A stretch of DNA of 64,000 bases, from positions 2,432,001 to 2,496,000 of the forward strand of contig CAWJMB010000002.1 in assembly GCA_963843845.1 (NCBI GenBank), in the 5' to 3' direction. The notes under the pieces were generated by a model that had not been told where the DNA came from, did not search any database, and saw nothing but the letters and a program-made list of their open reading frames with translations. The stretch is from an uncultured Gemmatimonadaceae bacterium (GTDB lineage Bacteria; Gemmatimonadota; Gemmatimonadetes; Gemmatimonadales; Gemmatimonadaceae). The position numbers were made by a program, and so were the translations under genes. The stretch's first letter is position 1; each line of letters begins with the position of its first letter. This document shows positions 1 to 8,413 of the stretch, in pieces.

Positions 1-18
1 GACGTCGGGAGCGCCGAC

Positions 19-2586
19 GTGAGCGGCATCCCACGCGCCTCGACGCGCACGCTGCTCCGTCTCGCCTGGCGTGAGAGTCGCACCGCGCGCCGCCGGCTCC
101 TCCTGTACATGTCGTCGATCGCGTTAGGCGTCGCCGCGCTCGTCGCGATCGACTCGTTCGCGAGCAACGTCGCGACGTCGGCGCGGTCGCAGTCGCGAAC
201 GCTGCTCGGCGGCGATGTCGCCGTGCAGCGCAACGGCGCGTTCACGAAACCGGTGAGCGCGTGGCTCGACTCGATCGCGGCCGCCGGACGCCCGGTCGCG
301 CGGCTCACGAGCTTCGCCTCGATGGCGCTCGTGCCGCGCACCGGCAACACGCGCCTCGTGCAGGTGCGCGCCGTCTCGGACCGGTTCCCGCTCGCCGGCG
401 AGATCACCACACGCCCCGTGGGCCGGTGGGGCGCGCTACAGCAGGGCGCGAACGTGCTCGTCGATCGCTCGCTGCTCGTCGCACTCGACGCCGCGGTCGG
501 CGACACCCTGGTTCTCGGGTACGGGCGCTTCGCGATCGTCGGTGAGCTCGACAACGTGCCCGGCGACGCCGGCATCGCGGCCGTGTTCGGTCCACGCGTC
601 TACATCCCGGCGCGCTACCTCGCGGAAACCCAGCTGCTGGGGTTCGGGGCGCGGGCGGAGTATCAGGCGCTGCTCGCCGTATCGAAGGCGGACGTCCGCA
701 CGGTCGTCAGTACCGTCCGACGGCGGTTCGACGGCCAGGGCGTTCGTGCGCGCACGGTCGCCGACACCGAGCGCGGGCTGACGCGCGCGATCGATCGGCT
801 CACCGACTTCCTGTCGATCGTCGGGCTCATCGCGCTGCTGCTGGGCGGCGTCGGCGTGGCGAGCGGCGTGAACGCCTTCGTCGCCCGAAAGATCGACACG
901 GTCGCCGTGCTTCGGTGCCTCGGCGCGACCAGCCGGCAGGTGCTCGCGATCTACGTCACGCAGGCGACGGCGATGGGGCTGCTCGGCGCCGCGGGGGGCG
1001 CGTTGCTCGGCGTCGGGCTGCAACTCCTGCTGCCGCGGGCGCTCGGCGAGTTCCTTCCGGTCGACGTCGACGTGCGCGTCGACGGCGTCGCGGTCGCGAC
1101 CGGCATCGGCGTCGGCGTGTGGGTCGCGCTCGTGTTCGCGCTCCGACCCCTGCTCGCGCTGCGCCGGGTGTCTCCGCTGCAGGCGATCCGCCGGGACGTC
1201 GATCCGACGGCGCTGCACACGAAGGGGATCGACGTGCCGCGCCGCCTCGTCGAGCTGGCGATCGTCACGAGCGTCGTCGCGCTCACCGTGACGCGCACAG
1301 GCCGTTTGCGGGAGGGGCTGTGGCTGAGTGCCGGGATCGCCGGCGCGCTCCTCGCGTTAGGCGCCGCCGCGTTCGTCGTCACGTGGGGCGCGCGGCGGCT
1401 GCTCCGCGCCGGATGGCCATACGTGGTACGTCAGGGAATCGCGAACCTGTACCGACCCGGCAACCAGACGCGCGCCGTGACGCTCGCCTTAGGCTTCGGC
1501 GCATTCCTCGTCTCGACGATCTACCTCGTGCAGACGAATCTGCTGCGCGACTTCTCGGCGATGGCGGGCGCGTCGCGCGCGAACGTCATCCTGTTCGACA
1601 TCCAGGACGATCAGATGGCGTCGGTCGCGTCGCTCGTCCGCGCGAACGGAGAGCTCCTGCAGGAGACGCCGATCGTGACCATGCGCATCGCGGAGATCGG
1701 CGGCCGGAGCGTCGCGGCGCTGGCGTCGGACACGGGCGCGCGTCGGCGCGCGAACTGGGCGTTGCGTCGCGAGTTCCGCTCGACCTACCGCGACTCGACC
1801 GTCGAGACCGAGAAGCTCGTCGAAGGGAAGTGGTTCGGCGCGCCGACGACGAACGCCCGCGGCCAGGCCGTCTACGACGTGTCGCTCGACCGGAACCTGG
1901 CGAACGATCTGCGCGTGCGCCTCGGCGACGAGATCGTGTGGGACGTGCAGGGCGTCCGGATCGCCACGCGCGTGACGAGTCTGCGCGAGATCCAGTGGGA
2001 ACGGTTCGAGCTGAACTTCTTCGCCGTCTTCCCCACGGCCGCGATCCGCGCGGCGCCGAAGCAGTTCGCGGCGCTCGCCCACGTCGAGAGCGCGGCGCGC
2101 GTCGGCGCCCTGCAGCGCGACATCGTCGTCCGGCACCCGAACGTGTCGAGCGTCGACCTGTCGCTCATCCAGTCGACGATCGGTCGGATCGTCGAACGCG
2201 TCAGCGTCGCGGTGCGCTTCCTCGCGCTGTTCTCACTCGCGACGGGGCTCCCCGTGCTGTTCAGCGCCGTGGCGGCGACCCGGCGCGAGCGGCTGCGCGA
2301 AGGGGTCCTGCTCAAGACGTTAGGCGCGACGCGCGCCCAGATCCTCCGCATCCTGCTGTCCGAGTACGCGGTGCTCGGCGCGTTGGGTGCGCTCGCCGGG
2401 ATGCTGCTCGCCTTCGGCGGCGCGTGGGGGCTCGTGCACTTCGTGTTCGAGGGCACGTTCCGGCCGGCGGTCGCGCCGGCGCTCGGCATCGCGGCGCTCA
2501 TGATGGCGATCACGGTGACGATCGGCCTGCTCACCGGCCGCGAAGTGTTCCGCGCGACGCCCATGGAGGCGATCCGCGAAGGCTAG
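19..2586 (+). CDS. ABC transporter permease, FtsX/YbbP-like (two permease repeats)
   Basis: 855 aa; N-terminal 'LRLAWRESR', multiple TM segments, two FtsX motifs ('AVLRCLGATSRQV', 'LLKTLGATRAQI'). Confidence 0.9.
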   Translation: MSGIPRASTRTLLRLAWRESRTARRRLLLYMSSIALGVAALVAIDSFASNVATSARSQSRTLLGGDVAVQRNGAFTKPVSAWLDSIAAAGRPVARLTSFASMALVPRTGNTRLVQVRAVSDRFPLAGEITTRPVGRWGALQQGANVLVDRSLLVALDAAVGDTLVLGYGRFAIVGELDNVPGDAGIAAVFGPRVYIPARYLAETQLLGFGARAEYQALLAVSKADVRTVVSTVRRRFDGQGVRARTVADTERGLTRAIDRLTDFLSIVGLIALLLGGVGVASGVNAFVARKIDTVAVLRCLGATSRQVLAIYVTQATAMGLLGAAGGALLGVGLQLLLPRALGEFLPVDVDVRVDGVAVATGIGVGVWVALVFALRPLLALRRVSPLQAIRRDVDPTALHTKGIDVPRRLVELAIVTSVVALTVTRTGRLREGLWLSAGIAGALLALGAAAFVVTWGARRLLRAGWPYVVRQGIANLYRPGNQTRAVTLALGFGAFLVSTIYLVQTNLLRDFSAMAGASRANVILFDIQDDQMASVASLVRANGELLQETPIVTMRIAEIGGRSVAALASDTGARRRANWALRREFRSTYRDSTVETEKLVEGKWFGAPTTNARGQAVYDVSLDRNLANDLRVRLGDEIVWDVQGVRIATRVTSLREIQWERFELNFFAVFPTAAIRAAPKQFAALAHVESAARVGALQRDIVVRHPNVSSVDLSLIQSTIGRIVERVSVAVRFLALFSLATGLPVLFSAVAATRRERLREGVLLKTLGATRAQILRILLSEYAVLGALGALAGMLLAFGGAWGLVHFVFEGTFRPAVAPALGIAALMMAITVTIGLLTGREVFRATPMEAIREG

Positions 2587-2590
2587 AACG

Positions 2591-2628
2591 CGAACGCCGC
2601 CGCCCGAGAGCTCGGGCGGCGGCGTTCG
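2591..2628. terminator. GC-rich hairpin between convergent genes (probable bidirectional terminator)
   Basis: cgaacgccgccgcccgag-ag-ctcgggcggcggcgttcg, perfect inverted repeat just after the permease stop. Confidence 0.7.
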
Positions 2629-2649
2629 CCACGCGGTCGGGCCGGGCGC

Positions 2650-3477
2650 CTACCGGTTCGACGTCACGTCGAGCAGCGGGCGCGTGGTGGCCGTCGTCGA
2701 CGTCACGGTCGCGTCGCCGCGGGCCGCGATCGTGTAGACACGCCCGAGCCCGAAGGTGAGCGTCGTGCGCGTGATGAAGTTCGTCGAGCTCCCCGGGGTG
2801 CGGACGACGAGGTCGACGACGCCGCCGGGGTTGAACACGCTCTGGCTCGTGAAGGTCACGAACGCCGTGGCATTCTTGTAGGCGACCGCCGACCCGACCG
2901 GCGACTCGACACCAGACGCCTGGTTGCGCAGGAAGAGCTGGAGCGGTTGCGAGTTCGAGATCGCATTCACGAAGCGGATCGTCGTGACCGTGTAGTCCTC
3001 GGTCGTCGGAATCGGGTCCTCGATCATGAACGCGTCGACCTTCTTCGTGGCGGCGTCGTAGACGCCGCTCACGAAGTAGGAGTACGACTTCCCGTTCTCG
3101 AGGCTCGCCTGCACCGACGCGACGGGGAGGCCGTTGTCGGCGGCCGCGGCGATGCGGCCGGTCAGCGTGTACTGCCCCGCGTCGAGGCCGGCGTACAGCC
3201 CGCCCGCTGCCGCGGCGCCGAACGCGACGCCGGTGGTCGACTCGATCCCGGTCGTGCGGCAGACGGACGTCGTGTTACCGACGCACGACGTGGAGCTGAT
3301 CGCCGTCAGCTTCGTGTTGTTCGCGTAGAAGTTCACGCCCGGCGCGTTGACGCCGAAGTTGAAGAACTTGACGCGCGCGGTCGGCAGCGTGCCCAGGATG
3401 TCCTGCGGGCCGCCCTTGTCGCAGGCGGCGACCAGGGCGAGTCCGAGGACGAGCGCGGTGAGCTTGTGTCTCGTCAT
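2650..3477 (-). CDS. DUF4397-like surface lipoprotein associated with SusC/SusD
   Basis: Real start MTRHKLTALVLGLALVAAC (lipobox) within the listed 736-aa ORF; 'ARVKFFN..VNAPGVNFY' and 'IRFVNAIS' DUF4397-like repeats. Confidence 0.75.
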   Translation of the reverse strand: MTRHKLTALVLGLALVAACDKGGPQDILGTLPTARVKFFNFGVNAPGVNFYANNTKLTAISSTSCVGNTTSVCRTTGIESTTGVAFGAAAAGGLYAGLDAGQYTLTGRIAAAADNGLPVASVQASLENGKSYSYFVSGVYDAATKKVDAFMIEDPIPTTEDYTVTTIRFVNAISNSQPLQLFLRNQASGVESPVGSAVAYKNATAFVTFTSQSVFNPGGVVDLVVRTPGSSTNFITRTTLTFGLGRVYTIAARGDATVTSTTATTRPLLDVTSNR

Positions 3478-3485
3478 GGGTCGGG

Positions 3486-5057
3486 TCAGCGTGTGAAGAT
3501 CCACGGCACCTTCGTGTGGTAGTCCGCGGCGAGCCCGCCGATCGCGTCGAGCCCCGCGCGGTTCCACACGTACTCCGAGTTGTACCGCGGGCGGATGCGC
3601 CAGACGAGCTTGCCGTTGTTGTCGGCGTAGAGGTTCGTCGGCGGCGCGAAGCCCGGGTAGACCTGCAGCCCGCTCGCCGGATCGACGTCCGTGTAGCTGT
3701 AGCGGCGCATGTCCATCCACAGCTCGTTGTGCCCCCAGGCCCACTGAGCGATGTACTTCTGGCTCATGATCTGGGTGAGCGTCAGCGCCGCCGGGTTCGT
3801 CGGCACGACGCGCGGGTCGGCGAGGAACGCGGCTTTCTCGGCGGCGGTGATCTGCGTCGGCGTCTGCGCGGCGTCGAGGTTGCGCGCGTTCACGAAGTCG
3901 ATGTGCGCCGACACGCCGTTGCGGTACGCCGCCAGCGCCGTGGCCCTGTCGCCGGCGCGGTACGCGGCCTCCGCCTTCACGAACTGCAGCTGCGCGTAGG
4001 TCATGGCCGGCAGCTTCGACTTGTCGTCGAAGATGTAGCGCGCCGGCAGCGACGGGCCGCCGCCGGTGCCGGGGTAACCGAAGAAGTTGTTCGGCTGCTG
4101 CGTGGCGGTGAGCGAGCCGAAGCCGACGACGTTGACGTCGAGGCCGCGGTACGCGCCGTCCGGCGACGGCGCCAGCATGCGGCTCATGCGCGGGTCGACG
4201 CTGCCGAAGACCGTGCCGTCCATGAGGCCGACGACGAAGCGCGTCTGCCGGTAGCTGCGGATGTTGTTGCGCGTCCAGCCGTAGAAGTTCGCGTCGTCGT
4301 TGCTGGAGGCGATGTAGGCCAGCAGCGCGTCGTCGGCGTTGCTCGCGAGGGAGCGGTCGACGTCGGCGATCACGTCGGCGGGGCGGTACGTCGCCTTCGC
4401 CGTGAAGTGGTTGCGGGCGATCGCCCGGAGCCCGTACGCGAACTTCAGCCACTTCGTACGGTCGCCGTTGTAGATCTTGTCCCCCTTGGCGAGGTACGCC
4501 GCGTCGACCGCGCCGTCGGTACGCTGCAGGTTCTTGATCGCCTCGTCGAGCAGGCGGAAGACCTCGGTGTAGGCGTACTCCTGCGAGTCGTAGTTGAACG
4601 AGAACTTCGTCGGGTCGATCGCCTCCTTGACGATGATCTCGCCGTGCATGTCGGTGAGGACCAGCCACCCCCACGCCTTCATGACCTGGCCGACGCCGAG
4701 CAGGTCCCAGCGCTGCTCGGCCTCCGCCTTCGTGGTCATGTCGACGAGGTTCTGTCCGAGCGACCAGTAGACGTCGCGCCACTGCTGCGCGCCGTTGTCG
4801 CTGCCGGGGTCGTAGCCCATGCGGTCCCACGTGGAGAGCACCGTGCTCGGGAGCGTCCACTGCTGGGTGTAGCGGCCGATGAAGCGGCCCTCGTAGAGCG
4901 GGGACGTCACCATCCAGTGCAGCATCGGCGAGAGGTACAGATTCGCCGACACCAGCTGGGGGCCGTTCGGGTTCGTGTTGACGTCCAGGAAGTCCTGGCA
5001 GCCGGCGCTGGCGAGCGTGCAGGCGCTGAGCGCGAGCGCGAGGGCGCGCTTCTTCAT
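3486..5057 (-). CDS. SusD/RagB-family outer-membrane nutrient-binding lipoprotein
   Basis: Lipobox 'ASAGCQDFLDVNTNPN', 'LTDMHGEI', 'IMSQKYIA', 'WMDMRR'; directly downstream of SusC. Confidence 0.9.
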   Translation of the reverse strand: MKKRALALALSACTLASAGCQDFLDVNTNPNGPQLVSANLYLSPMLHWMVTSPLYEGRFIGRYTQQWTLPSTVLSTWDRMGYDPGSDNGAQQWRDVYWSLGQNLVDMTTKAEAEQRWDLLGVGQVMKAWGWLVLTDMHGEIIVKEAIDPTKFSFNYDSQEYAYTEVFRLLDEAIKNLQRTDGAVDAAYLAKGDKIYNGDRTKWLKFAYGLRAIARNHFTAKATYRPADVIADVDRSLASNADDALLAYIASSNDDANFYGWTRNNIRSYRQTRFVVGLMDGTVFGSVDPRMSRMLAPSPDGAYRGLDVNVVGFGSLTATQQPNNFFGYPGTGGGPSLPARYIFDDKSKLPAMTYAQLQFVKAEAAYRAGDRATALAAYRNGVSAHIDFVNARNLDAAQTPTQITAAEKAAFLADPRVVPTNPAALTLTQIMSQKYIAQWAWGHNELWMDMRRYSYTDVDPASGLQVYPGFAPPTNLYADNNGKLVWRIRPRYNSEYVWNRAGLDAIGGLAADYHTKVPWIFTR

Positions 5058-5088
5058 CGCGGATGAGCTGAGTTGTGTACGCATGACG

Positions 5089-8000
5089 TCAGAACCCGAC
5101 GCGGAGGCCGAAGTTGACGCCGCGCGGGATGGGGAAGTTGCCGAAGTCGATGCCCTGCGCGCCGGAGCCGCCGACCGCCGCGGTGTTGCCGTTCACGACC
5201 GGGTCGAGCCCCGAGTAGTTCGTGAAGAGGAGCAGGTCGGTGCCGGAGACGAACAGGCTTCCGTTGCGGATGACGCGCTGCGGCAGCTGGACGCGGAGCG
5301 AGAGGTCGCGCAGCCGGACCCAGTTGATGTCGCGCTCGATGAACAGCTCCTCGCTGATCCCCGTGTAGAACAGCGGCGACTGCGCGGGCGTCACGACGAT
5401 CGCGTTGCGCGTGGGGGTGTCGCTGTTCTCGCGGCCGTCGCGCAGCACGCCGTCGATGACGCGCGGCCGCTCGCGGTCGAGCGTCAGCGTCGACAGGCCG
5501 CGGGTCGTCAGGTCGTGCTGCGTCGCGTTGAACACGTCGCCGCCGCGCCGCATGTCGAGCAGGAAGCTCAGCGTCGCCTGCCGGTAGCGCAGCGTGTTGG
5601 TCAGGCCGACCTGGAAGTTGGGGTTGCGGTCGTACCCCTTCACGACCGTCTCGCCGCGCGTGTTCACGCACTTCGCGTCGACGAACACCGACGACCGCAG
5701 CGGGAGTCCGGTGGTCGGGTCGATCAGCAGCTGACAGTCCTTGTTGCGCTGGTAGTAGAAGCCCGTCAGCGACCGCGTCGACAGACCGGGCGCCGTGCCG
5801 TTGCGCACGTTGCCGAACAGCCAGGTGTCGGAGACGTAGGTCTCGGGGAGCGCGTTCGGCAGCGCGAGCGTCCGTGCGCGCGAGCGGTCGAAGTTCGCCT
5901 GCACGTCCCAGCTGAATCGCCGCGCGCGCACCGGCGTCGCCGTGACCTGCAGCTCGAGGCCGTGGCCGGTCGTCGACGCGCCGTTCAGGTTGAACAGGAT
6001 GAACCCCGTGGCGTAGCTGCCGCGGATGTCGTTCACGATCTGGTCGGTCCGCTTCCAGTCGTAGTACGCGGCGTCGATGGTGAGCCGGTCATCGAGGAAC
6101 GAGACGTTGAGGCCTCCCTCCGCGGAGCGCCGCGACTCGGGCGCGAGGCTCGGGTTCGGGCCCGTGAAGCCGTAGCCGTAGCCGCCGGCGACGGTGAGCT
6201 TCGACTCGAGCGCCGGGCGGTCCGCGTACGGGCGCGCGTCCTGCCCGACCTGCGCGTACGAGCCGCGGATCTTGCCGCTCATGTAGCGGCGCAGCGACGG
6301 AAACGCGTCGGTGAAGACGAAGCTGCCGCTGACGCTCGGGTAGAAGAACGAGTTGCGGACCTCGGGGATCGTCGACGTCCAGTCGTTGCGGCCCGTGACG
6401 GTGAGGAACGCGTAGTCGCGGAACGAGAGCTGCGCCTGCCCGAACGCGCCGACGAGCCGGCGCTGCGACAGCGTCGTGCGCCCCTGCCGCTTCGACGGCA
6501 GCGTGTTGTTGATCGAGACGAAGTTCGGGTCCAGGAAGTCGAGGCCGGCGAGCGCGTCGACCGACGACTTGTCGTCGCGAACCTGCGTCCCCACGAACCC
6601 GTCGAACGCGAAGCCGCCGCCGAGGGCGACCCGGTTCAGGTTCGCCAGGGCCTGGCCGTTGACGTTGCGCACGACGTCCGTCGCCTCGTCCATGACCCCG
6701 TTGTTGCTCAGCCCCAGCGTGCTCTCCGGATTGCGCACCACGAGCGTCTGGTTCGCGTAGTTGTCGACGCTGACGTTCGTCTTGACGTTCCCCCACCGCA
6801 CCGGCGTGACCACGAAGCCGAGGTTCGCGAAGAACCGGTTGTTCGTGGTCTCACTCCGGTTCTTGTTGAGCGCGAAGTACGGGTTGTCCTGCTCGCTCGC
6901 CGAGGCGAGGTTCGTGATCCGACGGCGCTGCCCCGAGGGCGTCTGCCAGTTCCGCGCGTCGTCGGTCCCGGGCCAGTAGAGCAGGCCGAGGAGCGGCCCG
7001 CCCGAGCCCTTGAACGGCTGCGTGTTGTCGGTGTTCGCGTAGATCATCGACAGATCGCCGCGGAGCCAGTTCGTGACCTGCCCGGACGACGTGCCGTTCA
7101 CGTTCACGCGGCCGTACTTCGAGGTCGGGATGACCCCCTCCTGCCGCAGGTACGACGTGCTGATGCGGTAGTTCGCGCGGTTGTCCACCGCGGCGCCGCT
7201 GAAGGCGATGTTGTGCGTCTGCTGCAGGCCGGTCTGGAAGAAGCCGTCGACGTTGTCGTAGAACGTCGTGCCCGGCGCGTACTGCGGGCCGAAGTAGAAG
7301 AAGGAGCCGAGCAGGTCGCCGGCCACCGTCGTCGGGCCATACACACGCTGCACTTCCGGCGCCTCCCGCACGGTCTCGGCGCGGAAGTTGTTGCTGTACT
7401 CGAACCCGGCCGTGCCCGGCCGCCCGCGCTTCGTCGTGATGACGATCGCGCCGTTGGCGGCGTCGATGCCGTAGAGTGCCGACGCCTCGGGCCCCTTGAG
7501 CACCGTCACGTTCTCGATGTCCTCGGGGTTCAGGTCGGACGCACGGTTCGTGAAGTCGAGGCCACGGTTGTTGAACGCCGTCGTCGACCCGGGAGCGTCG
7601 GACGCGAGCACGTTGGTGTTCTGCGTCTTGTTGTCGAGCGGCACGCCGTCGATGATGAACAGCGGCTGATTGCTGCCGCTGATCGACGAGACGCCGCGGA
7701 TCGTGATCGAGGCCGATGCGCCGGGTACGCCCGACGAGCTGTTGACCTCGACGCCGGCAATGCGCCCCTGCAGCGCGTTCACGAAATTCGGTCGCTGCGT
7801 CTCGGCGATCGCGCTGCCCTGCACCGTCTGCACGGCGGAGCCGAGCGTGCGGGCCTCCGTCTGCTGGCCGAACGCCGTGACGACGATCTGGCTGAGCTGC
7901 GCTGCCTGCCGGTCGAGCGAGAAGTTGGCCTGCACCGAGCCGCCGTCCGTCACGGTGACGGTCGCCGTCTTCGCCGTGTAGCCGATCCGGCGAGCGTTGA

Positions 8001-8241
8001 TCTGCCGCGAGCCGGCCGGGACGTTCTGGATCGAGTAGTCGCCGGCCGCGTTCGTGAGCGCGCCGAGCTGGCTCCCCACGACGGTGACCTGCGCATCCGC
8101 GACGGGGCGCGTCCCGGTGGAGTCGGTCACACGCCCACGGACCGTGCCGCGCTGTTGCGCGCTCGCGGCTGCGGCGGTGAGCAGGGACAGCAGCAGCGAG
8201 CCGACGAGCGGCCTAACGGCTCTCGCGAGCTTCGGGGTCAT
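5089..8241 (-). CDS. SusC/RagA-family TonB-dependent receptor
   Basis: Signal peptide, carboxypeptidase-regulatory-like N-domain, plug motif 'DLNPEDIENVTVLKGPEASALYG..AANGAIVITTKRG', C-terminal Phe. Confidence 0.95.
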   Translation of the reverse strand: MTPKLARAVRPLVGSLLLSLLTAAAASAQQRGTVRGRVTDSTGTRPVADAQVTVVGSQLGALTNAAGDYSIQNVPAGSRQINARRIGYTAKTATVTVTDGGSVQANFSLDRQAAQLSQIVVTAFGQQTEARTLGSAVQTVQGSAIAETQRPNFVNALQGRIAGVEVNSSSGVPGASASITIRGVSSISGSNQPLFIIDGVPLDNKTQNTNVLASDAPGSTTAFNNRGLDFTNRASDLNPEDIENVTVLKGPEASALYGIDAANGAIVITTKRGRPGTAGFEYSNNFRAETVREAPEVQRVYGPTTVAGDLLGSFFYFGPQYAPGTTFYDNVDGFFQTGLQQTHNIAFSGAAVDNRANYRISTSYLRQEGVIPTSKYGRVNVNGTSSGQVTNWLRGDLSMIYANTDNTQPFKGSGGPLLGLLYWPGTDDARNWQTPSGQRRRITNLASASEQDNPYFALNKNRSETTNNRFFANLGFVVTPVRWGNVKTNVSVDNYANQTLVVRNPESTLGLSNNGVMDEATDVVRNVNGQALANLNRVALGGGFAFDGFVGTQVRDDKSSVDALAGLDFLDPNFVSINNTLPSKRQGRTTLSQRRLVGAFGQAQLSFRDYAFLTVTGRNDWTSTIPEVRNSFFYPSVSGSFVFTDAFPSLRRYMSGKIRGSYAQVGQDARPYADRPALESKLTVAGGYGYGFTGPNPSLAPESRRSAEGGLNVSFLDDRLTIDAAYYDWKRTDQIVNDIRGSYATGFILFNLNGASTTGHGLELQVTATPVRARRFSWDVQANFDRSRARTLALPNALPETYVSDTWLFGNVRNGTAPGLSTRSLTGFYYQRNKDCQLLIDPTTGLPLRSSVFVDAKCVNTRGETVVKGYDRNPNFQVGLTNTLRYRQATLSFLLDMRRGGDVFNATQHDLTTRGLSTLTLDRERPRVIDGVLRDGRENSDTPTRNAIVVTPAQSPLFYTGISEELFIERDINWVRLRDLSLRVQLPQRVIRNGSLFVSGTDLLLFTNYSGLDPVVNGNTAAVGGSGAQGIDFGNFPIPRGVNFGLRVGF

Positions 8242-8413
8242 TCATCACTCCGGGTGGGGTTGGAAATGCAGGCAGGACGCGCATGGTGCGGCGCGCGGCG
8301 AAGCTAGTCTACGGTTCACACGACCGGCGTGCAAACCGTCGCGCCGGCACTACGGCGCGACCGTGCCGTGTCTGGGGGACCCCTGATCGACGCGTTCTGT
8401 CACCGGAACGTGC

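Noticed and set aside
4975..8307. Long antisense and alternate-frame ORFs (e.g. 4975..8307 +, 57874..61404 +, 27574..29826 +, 33120..35480 +)
   Set aside because: Arg/Ala/Gly-rich shadow frames of real genes, expected at this GC content; no recognisable motifs.
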